NCBI GenBank assembly: GCA_051294375.1 | Contig: CM119268.1 | Span: forward strand, 4,379,162-4,443,161 | Reading direction: 5' to 3' | Length of the DNA: 64,000 bases | Source: Paraspadella gotoi | Taxonomy: Eukaryota; Animalia; Chaetognatha | Shown: piece after piece, positions 1-9,821 of the stretch | How positions within the stretch are numbered: position 1 is the stretch's first letter | How the letters are laid out: each line of letters opens with the position of its first letter | Program-made: the position numbers and the translations under genes | The notes under the pieces: generated by a model | What the model was told of the DNA's origin: nothing | Database searches by the model: none | Seen by the model: only the letters and a program-made list of their open reading frames with translations

Positions 1-258
1 GCAGGTTTTTTTCCAAATTGTTCGAAGGATCGTAGTTGCCGATTATTTTCTGTTGTGGAAAAGTTAAAAGGATGATTTTATTTGAGTATAGTAGTTAATC
101 GGTAGCACATTAAATTAATTTACAAGCTACCGCCCTACCTTACACACACACACTCTCTCTCTCTCTCTCGGGCTCCTTTCTTTCCTTCTTTTTCTCTCTC
201 TGTGCCTCGCTCCCTCTCATATTTTTCTCACTCTCCTTCTAGAATTGGCCGTCTCGCG

Positions 259-297
<39 letters not shown>

Positions 298-494
298 TTT
301 GTTTGTTTTCCAAATTTTTTCCAGTTTTGACAGGAAAAAGTCAAAGTTCAAATTTTTCATCATAGACCCTCTTTTCGATTTCTTGCTACGTGAGGTCGGC
401 CCTTTTCTCTCTCTTGGTTTTCTTTTTGCTTTATCTCTCACTCTATCTCTCGGTCTGTTTATTTTTTTATATGTCTCTCTCTCCCTCTCTCTCA

Positions 495-574
<80 letters not shown>

Positions 575-1084
575 CTTTTTTTCTTTTTTTCTTTCTCTCT
601 CCCTCTCTCTAATAGAGATATATACGTGTCCATTCGTTTCACTACGTGAAATTTTCACTCTTTGTCGTCGTATTTTTCACCAACTTCTTTTTTCGGCGAC
701 TGTATATAACCAATCAAAGTTTGTTTGTCTGACATTCATTGTTTATTTACCAAAATTGATGACATGTTTAATCGACTAAGAGATTCGGTTCATTTCATCC
801 TGGTCTTTTTCTTCGTCCTNNNNNNNNNNNNNNNNNNNNNNNNNNNNNNNNNNNNNNNNNNNNNNNNNNNNNNNNNNNNNNNNNNNNNNNNNNNNNNNNN
901 NNNNNNNNNNNNNNNNNNNNNNNNNNNNNNNNNNNNNNNNNNNNNNNNNNNNNNNNNNNNNNNNNNNNNNNNNNNNNNNNNNNNNNNNNNNNNNNNNNNN
1001 NNNNNNNNNNNNNNNNNNNNNNNNNNNNNNNNNNNNNNNNNCATCATCATCATCATCATCATCATCATCACCATCATCATCCAC

Positions 1085-1227
1085 CTGTTGCGGCGGACGA
1101 GATGGTCTGTCTCGCTTGTCCCTCTTCGTGGAGGGATCCCTCATGGGATCTTGATTCGACGGTCGAATGTTGATGATGTCGTATTTGGCCTTCAATCGAT
1201 CCCCGTCCTGATTGAACGCGATTGTCC
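1085..1227 (-). CDS. GRIN1: GluN1 ATD C-terminal exon
   Basis: ccag|GG ACA ATC...: (G)TIAFNQDGDRLKAKYDIINIRPSNQDPMRDPSTKRDKRDRPSRPPQQ. Compare GluN1 [20 protein letters not shown]. The 3' boundary (CAG|gtggat) is tentative. Confidence 0.85.
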
Positions 1228-1449
1228 CTGGAAAGTCGACGCAGTTTTTTGATTTTATTTCGTNNNNNNNNNNNNNNNNNNNNNNNNNNNNNNNNNNNNN
1301 NNNNNNNNNNNNNNNNNNNNNNNNNNNNNNNNNNNNNNNNNNNNNNNNNNNNNNNNNNNNNNNNNNNNNNNNNNNNNNNNNNNNNNNNNNNNNNNNNNNN
1401 NNNNNNNNNNNNNNNNNNNNNNNNNNNNNNNNNNNNNNNNNNNNNNNNN

Positions 1450-1626
1450 ATGATTTTAAAGTAGATCTAATAAAAAGTTTTTTTAAACTTGGGCCGTCTT
1501 TGGAAATGAAAAGTTCAAAGTTCGTCGGAAGAAACTCACTGTGAGTCCTTTGGATGAATAAAACAAAAAAGGAATGGATTTTAAAGAAATAAAAGCTCGA
1601 GAAATAAAGAAAAAAAGGCACTAAAT

Positions 1627-1657
<31 letters not shown>

Positions 1658-2961
1658 AGAAAAAATAGAAATCAGTAAAAAAAAATGAAAGGGAGGCGAC
1701 AAAAGTAAACGTCGTGTTGCAGATGGAAACGAAAAAAAATCTAAAAAAAAAAAAGAGAGGCGAGTGAGAAAAATGAAACGAGTCTCTCTGTTTCTGTCTC
1801 CTCTGGGTTCCAACGGGGTCACGTGACCCTCTTCGACCTTTTCGACCTCACCCTCCCCTTCCTCCTCTCCCTCCTCCCTCCTCTCCTCCCTCGGGTGAGG
1901 TCGAGGCGAAGATTGCCGTCGACGACCAACGATTCTCAACCAAGTTTGCATCCCACGCCATCTTGTTTTTCGTCGTCGTCGTCGTCGTTGTCGTTGTCTT
2001 CGTCGTTATCTTTATCGTCGTTGTCTTTGTCGTCGTCATTGCCTTCGTCGTTGTCTTCGTCGTCGNNNNNNNNNNNNNNNNNNNNNNNNNAGACGACAAA
2101 GACGACAACGATATCAAAAAAAGGACGACGACGGACAATGACGAATAAGAAGAAAAAGACGACGATGATGACGAAGAAAACGACGACAAATACCTCGATA
2201 TCGATCGACGAAGAGAACGACGACACGACGACGTAACACGACGAACGCAAAACGACGACGACCGACAAGGACGAAGACAAGACGACAAGGACGAAGACGA
2301 CGGCTCGACTGACGACGACGACGACGAAGACAACTGACGACGAGACAACGACGAAGGCGAATGCACGACGACAAAGACAGATCGACCGATAAGGATACCG
2401 ACGAAGACAACGACAACGACGACGCACGACGCACACGAAAAAACAAGATCGCGTGGGATGCAAACTTGCGGTTGAGACTCTGATTGGCTGCGACGGCAAT
2501 CTTCGCCCTCGACTCACACCCGAGGCGAGCGACTCGAGGAGGCAGGAGGAGAGGCACGAAGGGGAGGTGAGGTCGAAATGAAGGTCGAAGCAGGGATTCC
2601 GTGACGCCCGTTGGAACCCAGACGCGAGACAGAAACAGAGAGACTCGTTTCATTTTTTCTCACCCGCCTCTCTTTTTTTTAGGATTTTTTCGTTTATCTG
2701 CAACACGACGTTTACTTTTGTCGCCTCCTTTCATTTTTTTTTACTGATTTCTATTTTTCTTTTTTTCTTTTCTTTTTCTTCTCTTTTTTTTATTAGTGCC
2801 TTTTTTTCTTTATTTCTCGAGCTTTTATTCTTAAAATCCATTCCTTTTTTGTTTATTCTCCAAAGGACTCACAGTAGTTTCTTCCGACGAACTTTGAACT
2901 TTTCATTTCCAAAGACGGCCCAAGTTTAAAAAAACTTTTTATTAGATCTACTTTAAAATCA
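1450..2961. repeat. Fold-back inverted repeat centred on a 25-N gap
   Basis: 1450-1990 is the reverse complement of about 2420-2961 (for example tgattttaaagtagatctaataaaaag). The centre is (GAC/GTC)n plus the N25 at 2066-2090. Confidence 0.92.
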
Positions 2962-4203
2962 TTTAAATTATATTAAATCAATAAATCAGTCGATGAATTT
3001 AAATTGCGGAAATCGTTTCGTTTCAATAATATAATCCCCCCCCCAAAAAAATAAAGTAATACTTTAACGACAACAATCTAGATCGGTATCTTTCTCGTCG
3101 TCGTCTTCTTAATTATTGTCGAATTTTTTCTTCCTGATCTCGTTCTCATTCTCATTGTCGTCGTCGTCGTCGTCTTATTGCTTTCTCAGGTTAACGTTAT
3201 TGTTCTTTTTTTTTCTCTTTCTGCTTGTTATTCGTTCTTCTTACCACCTGAGCTTCGATAATTGTTCCTCGTCAGTTAAGGGCCTACACTTTTTATTTTG
3301 CTTCCGACCGTCTCGTCGTTTCGTCTCTTTTCCATGATCCAATTTTAGTACAATTAGGGCCAAACTTTGTCAATGGGGTAGGTCATAAGTTTGATTTGGG
3401 AACCTTCCCAAATGAAACTTCATACATTTATTAGAAAACTTTCAAATTTTCAATGGACCAAAAAAGCACTACTTATTATTTTTTTAATATTTAAATATAG
3501 ATAGGAAATGTCAAAAACAATTTTTTTATTTTTTTATTTTTAAAAGCAGATTCAGATAGCTTATGAAAAGCTGTCGAAACAAAGTAATAATTCTTTTTTC
3601 AATATTTTGATGATAAGTGGGTCAAAATTGGGAAAAACCTAAAAAGATCATCATCATCATCTGATAATTTTAATAGTTTTTACGAATTTGCAGTAATAAA
3701 ACATTAAAATTTTAAAAAGTTGCAATTACATTTTTTGCTTAACTTTTTAAGCTCATTATATAGCAATATAATAATTTTAATTAACAAATTACTCATGGTG
3801 CGGAAAATTTTTGCAAAAAAATATTTTAACAAAATAACTAATACCATAATGGATTCGTTTAATGCTGTTCCCATTAAAATTTAAATTTGGTGGGCTACCG
3901 CTAGTACAATTATGTTTGTCCACTTTGTCCCTCGTTTCTTCAGATGGCTACTCTCACTTTGACCCAACTTTCTTATCCCCTTTTGTTCCCCCTTTTTTTG
4001 TCCATACCGGTATTCTCCCTTTGTCCCGTCTTTGTTCTCACCGCCCCTGACTCCCAATCAGCATTTTTTTAACGGAATTGCTACTCTCCCTTTGTCCCAA
4101 CCACTATCCCATTATAAGAGCTTAGTAGGGTGGATGACGGAAAAATATCACAGGGCCTCGCTATCGAGCCAGAACGACTATATCCCCTCGTTGTCCTGTT
4201 GAC

Positions 4204-4348
4204 CTGTTTGTCCCGTTGATGTGGTGTTGATCATCCTCTCGTAAAACTTTTTGCCCGAAGACCAAATCTTTGCTTCTTTGTCGCAACTCGTCGGCGCCGG
4301 ATCCAGTTCCTCGTTTTCGTGCATCTCTTTGATCGTCCCGATGATGAC
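4204..4348 (-). CDS. GRIN1: GluN1 ATD exon
   Basis: cag|GTC ATC..., 145 nt, phase 0/1: VIIGTIKEMHENEELDPAPTSCDKEAKIWSSGKKFYERMINTTSTGQT(G). Compare GluN1 P..C.....W.TG..F. The phase joins the next exon as TG-TIAF. Confidence 0.9.
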
Positions 4349-4868
4349 CTGATTAGGTTTGATAAATTAATCAATCAATCAATCAATCATTCAATCATTC
4401 AATCAATCAAGCAATCCAGTTCCTCCTTTTCGTGCATCTCTTTGATCGTCCCGATGATGACCTGTTTAGGTTTGATAAATTAATCAATCAATCAATCATT
4501 CAATCAATGTAGCAAGCAATCCGTTAAAAAAAACCAATCATTTAATCAGTCAACCAATCAATAAATCATTTAATTGATCAATTAATCAATTATTAAATCA
4601 GAAAATCAATTTTTTTAATGTCTTTAAATCAAACAATCTAACAATAAATTATTAAAATTATGACTATTAATTTGTCATTCTTTAATAAATCGATGAAGCT
4701 TCCAAAGATTAAATAAACTTTATTGTTTATATAACAATAAATCTCCAAACAATTCACTTTTACAAGAAATTAAACGGCTCTGAACGACTCACTAAAATCA
4801 ATCATCCATGAAAATGAAATTCAAAATCAATTCAACCACAAATTGACCAATCACGCGACTCCTCTCAC

Positions 4869-5047
4869 CGAAGTGGCGTCCTTGATGTGTTTCTCCGCCT
4901 GCCTGGCGTCTTTGAGTCGCAGGCCGATGACCCCGATCGGTTTGTAGGGTCCGTTCATCGCCTGTTCGGTGACGATCCAGGCGTAGCCTGCCTCGAACAG
5001 GCCTAATTCCATCGCTGCCCGGTAGATGGTGTAGGCGTCGTTAGATC
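4869..5047 (-). CDS. GRIN1: GluN1 ATD exon
   Basis: aag|GA...TCG|gtgaga, 179 nt, phase 1/0: SNDAYTIYRAAMELGLFEAGYAWIVTEQAMNGPYKPIGVIGLRLKDARQAEKHIKDATS. Compare GluN1 DA.TVYRAA..L.MTG.GYVW.V.E......P.G..GL.L.....HI.DA. Confidence 0.93.
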
Positions 5048-5359
5048 CTTTTAAATTATAGAAGTGGAAGAGAGGTGGCTCGTCAAGCTAATGTGACAGA
5101 GTATGCTAAAGTATGCCCAGTTTCTCTGTGAGTGAGGCTTGGTAACATACTTACTGTGCGCGGTGGGTCAATCTCGGTTGCCCGTCACTAATGCAATGGC
5201 AAGAACCCAATTTTTTTTGGACGCCCAATCGAAATTCTAGCTGCCCTCACCTCATTCAATTTTTTTCCTTCTTGCGTCTTCTTAACTAACTCCACCAAGG
5301 ACTTACCCGACTCTCCACATCCCACCCTTCCCACCCACCCCCCCCCGCGCGCAAATCAC

Positions 5360-5530
5360 CGGCGTTCTCTCTTGCATGTCTTGCAATTCCCTGAGATCCT
5401 CTGTGTAGTTTTCCTTTTCCGGCAGATACTCGATGACTTTCGAATGTTCAATCTTGTAAGGGTTTTTCTCCAGATCGCATCGCCGTCGTCAGCATCTTGG
5501 AACGCCGGCCTTACAGATGGCGCGTCCCTC
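5360..5530 (-). CDS. GRIN1: GluN1 ATD exon (EGRA...), with indels in this copy
   Basis: After a (CT)n tract, ag|GAG GGA CGC GCC ATC gives EGRAI; downstream reads LEKNPYKIEHSKVIEYLPEKENYTEDLRELQDMQER; donor gtgatt. Has a frameshift and lacks about 13 nt (RVYLLYA-like) that the inverted copy near 7950-7985 retains. Confidence 0.8.
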
Positions 5531-5569
5531 CTGAGAGAGAAGAGAGAGAGAGAGAGAAGAAGAGAGAGA

Positions 5570-5619
<50 letters not shown>

Positions 5620-6929
5620 AACTTTTTATGAGCTTCGAATCCGAACTTGTTCTTTGAAAAGAAAATTTCTAAAAAAATTTTTTCTTCATGGCCTCAATAT
5701 TTTGATACGTTTCACCAAAGTAATAGTATAAAGCGATTGAGTACACACATATATATTGGACAAAATAATTTTATATCCAACAGAACTCTTAATAAAAAAG
5801 TGATACATTTTGGTCCGCCTTACTCCCCCGCCCAACCCCACGCATTCTAAGTACAACCCCGAGCCGTTCATACGCGATACTTCCTTCCTTTCTTCCCTTN
5901 NNNNNNNNNGACATACTTTCGTTATTATTTGGTACTATAGTAGAAAAATACTAAAAGGCCAGAGACGCTTAATATTCACATTTTTTTATATCTCTTGTCC
6001 CGCGATCACATGAAAATTCATTATATTGTCCAAAAATGTAAATACGGCGCTTTACTATTTGGGAAATTAGAAGAAAAAAAAATTATGAACGTACTAGTCG
6101 TACTACCAAGTAAAACTGGCAAAAAATTCGACAAATTAATGTTGAATCCTATTTCTTTTTCTTTCTTGCTTAGATCGGCACTTGGCGGAAAAAAAAGGTT
6201 AAAAAAGAAATTAAAGAAAGATGGGAGAANNNNNNNNNNNNNNNNNNNNNNNNNAAGGGTGTTTTTAATTTGGTACGCTAAATTTACAGGTCTTTCACTA
6301 CGGGTGCGGTTTATTTCTTGCTTGAAATCCTGCATCTTTCTCCAGCTTTCATTAATTTCTGTTTTTAACCTGTTGTGTCCGCCGCGAGAGCGCGAGCGAA
6401 GGGCAAGGAACAGAAAGAAGAAATTGATTCCGAAAGCATTGAGATGTGGTCGAGATTTTTTGCGCAGTGTTGACTTGGTGAGGTAGCGATCCTAAGTAGC
6501 GTTCGATAATGTTAGGTGTGTGTGGGTGGCTTGCCGTAATGTCCCCAACTGAGTGAAAGGCGCCGTTTTACTTTGTTGGAGGCCATTATAATGAAGGGTT
6601 GGTTCAGTGTGAGCGGCGGGACAGTAGAATAGACAAAAAATGTGAATCTGTAAGCGGTCTCTGACCTTTGTGATTGGATTTTCTACTAATAGGTGTACCG
6701 AAATAAGTGAACGAAAGGTTGGTCCGGGTATGGATACGCCAGAGCGATTAGAGTTGAGAGGCAGAGCAGTCCGAGCGAGCAAAGGGCCGTCGTACGTCGC
6801 GGCGGCGACCTAAAAAAGAAAAAGCTCTTAAGATGAAGTTAACGAGGTGAATATCGTTGCGCCTCCCCTCTACCACAGGGGGCCGGCGCGGCGGCGACGA
6901 GCCCCTCCACCTCGTGCATCCATCGTTTA

Positions 6930-8620
6930 CGGGGCGCGACGCTGGTTGGAAGATCATCAAGAATTCAAGTTGGCGACAAAGTCGTCCTGTCGATGGTCAC
7001 AGGCGCGATGCAGGTGGTGGAAAGGAAGAAGAAGGGTGGGTGGAGGTAAGGAGAGAGGGTAAGGGAAAGGGTGAGCGCGGATCAAAAGTGGGGAATGAAG
7101 AAGGAAGGAAAGGGAAGAAAGGAAGGAAGGGAAGAGAAGGAGGGAAAGGGAAGAGAAGGAGGATAGGGAAGAAAGGAGGGAAGGCGGAGAAAGGAGGTAA
7201 GGGAAGGAAAGGAGGGAAGAAAGGAAAGAAAAGGAAGGAAAGGAAGATTAAGGAAGTGAGGGGAAAAGAGAGGAAGGGAGAAGGGAAGAAGGAAGAAGAG
7301 GGCGAGGGAAGAGAAAAGAAGGAAGTTATCTGGCGTATGAAACGGCTCGGTGGTTTGTCACTGTAGAATGCGTGGGGTTGGGGCGGGGAGTAAGGGGGCG
7401 GAACCAAACATGTAGATAACTTGTTTTATTAAGCAGTTCTGTTGGATATAATAATTATTCTATTGTCCAATATTATATGTGTTGTACTAACAAATCGCTT
7501 AGGCCTGCGAAATACGTATTGATTTGGTGAAGACGTATGCAAATATATTGAGGCCATGGAAGAAAAGAAAGTTTTGTAGAAATCTTTTGTCTGTTCGAAG
7601 AACAAGTTCGGATGTCGAAGCTCAATAAAAAGTTCGTGCTCGGTCGTCTCGTCGGTCGCTGAGGATCTCCAGTCGGTCGAATTCTCTCTCTTCTCGTCGT
7701 CTCGGTCTCTCTTATCCATCTCTGCGAATCTCTCTCTCATCGGATGCTGCCCTGCGCGTCGCTGCGGTCAGGGAGGGACGCGCATCTTAGGCGTCCTAAG
7801 AGCTGGACGGACGCGATGGCGAGCCGTCGGAGAAAGGGAACCCTGTGGACAAGATATGAGAGCATGTTCGAGGAAGTGCATCGTGGAGTACGCGGACTAA
7901 AGGAAAAAGCACAGAGGAGTCTCGAGAGCAATTGCAAGGTACATGGCAAGGAGAAGTCAGTATCTCTGCTATGTGACGCCGGCGGTAGATTTGCGCGGGG
8001 GGGGGGAGGAGAGGTGGAGGGAGAGGGGTGGAGGAGTGTGGGAGAGTCCCGGGGTAAGGTCTCCCTTGGTGAGGTTAGTTAAGGAAGACGCACGAAGGAA
8101 GAAAAGGGTGGTGTTGTGTTAAAAAAATTGTTATTGGGAATGAGTGTGAGGCAGGCTAGAGATTATCGATTTGGCGTTCCAAAAAAAATTGAGGTTGTCT
8201 GTAGCCATTGCATTAAGTTGACACGGGGAGCAACTCCGAGATTGATCCCACCGCGCACAGGTAAGTATGTTAACATAGCAGATCCGGTACAAGCCTCACT
8301 CTACGGAGAGAGAACTTGGGCATGGACTTTAGGTGCAAGTAACTCTGTCACATTAGGCTGTTGAGCGAGCCATCCTCTCTTCCACTTTCTATAAGTTTAG
8401 AGAAGGATCTGAACAGGACAGCCTACAGCATCGTAGCCGGGCAGCGATGGGAATTAGGGACGTTCGAGCGGGGTAGCGGCTGGACGTGCACCGGACCGCC
8501 GATGCAGGGCGGGATGAAGTCGGACCAACATGCAAACCGATCGGGGGTCATTGGGCGTGGCGAGCTCAAAGACGCGAGGCAGGCGGAGAAACACCAGTGC
8601 AAGCGACCCACTGGTCGGTG
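6930..8620 (+). pseudogene. Noisy inverted copy of three GluN1 exons (ADVW, EGRA and SNDAY exons); probably an assembly or raw-read artefact
   Basis: 7315-8762 is an indel-rich reverse complement of 4740-5895. 6932-7013 reads, with indels, like ADVWLKIIKEFKWRQVVL...DQ|gt, the GluN1 segment expected between YSFQ and EGRA. Confidence 0.75.
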
Positions 8621-8942
8621 AGAGGAGGTCGCGGTGATTGGTCAAATTTGTGTTGATGTTGTATGTCTGGCGAAGTTGCCAGTTTATGGGATGATTGATT
8701 TGTAGTGAGACTCGTTCAGGAGCCGTTTAAATTCGTTGTAAAAGTGAATGTGTTTGGGAGGATTCTTGGTGAGATAGGATCAGGAATTCTTACTCGGAGA
8801 AACACAAAACTCAAAAATTAAAAAAAGTTGAAGAAAAAAGAGAGAAAAGAAGAAAAGAAAAAAGGAGAAACTAATAACTTAATAAGAACATTGACTCGAC
8901 TGATAAGAAAGGAGAAAAAACTCACGGGAAGAATAGAAAAGA

Positions 8943-9190
8943 CAATGTGTTGCGCCACAGTGACTTCATTTTCATGTGCATTTCTCTTTGATCACATTCC
9001 GTCTTTTATTCCTTTTAGTTTTAGGAATTCCTAAAGGCGGTGCTAGCAGTCTCCTAGATTTGAGGTTTTTTTTTCTTAACATATGAGCAACCAACTATAG
9101 GCATATTATATGCATTGTTAACTTAAGTGGGACAGACCGACGGACAGACATACCGACGGACTGCTCCGCAAGTACTGGCGCAACTGAAAA
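8943..9190 (-). mobile_element. Short HINE/DINE-1-like element, same family
   Basis: Reverse complement aligns with 29266-29505 (plus strand shows tttaggaattcctaaagg, gtgggacagaccgacggac and aatgtgttgcgcc). Confidence 0.6.
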
Positions 9191-9778
9191 GGAGAAACTA
9201 ATAACTTAATGAGGACATTGACTCGACTGACAAGAAAGAAGAAAAAACTCACGGGAAGAATAAAAAAGAAAATTGTTGTTGTTTTTTTTTAAAGAGGGAG
9301 GGGGGGAGAAGGTCATTTTTAGTTTCTATGACAACGAAAAGATTCAAAAGCCCTGTGGGGGAATGATCGGTGGTGGTCCTTAATCCGTAAGTCACTTAAA
9401 GATCGTCTAACCGGGGACAAATGTTGTGTTACCACCGCCCGTTGCTCGGGAATCGAGATGTTAGCGTTTGCGCCAACCAAGGCTCGACCTGAAAATGAGA
9501 GGGAATGGCGACGAAAGTGGGCTTTCATTGTAACCAAAAAGTAACAATACAATCGAGGCATCTGGAGAGAGGAAGTAGAGAGAGAGAGAGAGAGATGACG
9601 AGAGAGAGAGAGAGAAGCAGGAACGAGACGCAGTAGCGAGACACGCTTGAGAGACGACGAAGGAGAGAGAAGAGAGAGAGTCAGAAGAGAGGAGAGAGAG
9701 CCAATTGCAGACGACGAATCGACGAGGAGAGAGAAAGCAGACGACGAGAACGAGAGAGAAAGAGAGAGAGAGAAGAGG

Positions 9779-9779
<1 letters not shown>

Positions 9780-9821
<42 letters not shown>

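Noticed and set aside
217-779. Overlapping ORFs rich in RE/SL dipeptides (and many similar ones elsewhere)
   Set aside because: Translations of (GA/CT)n microsatellites, open in several frames, with no domain signal.
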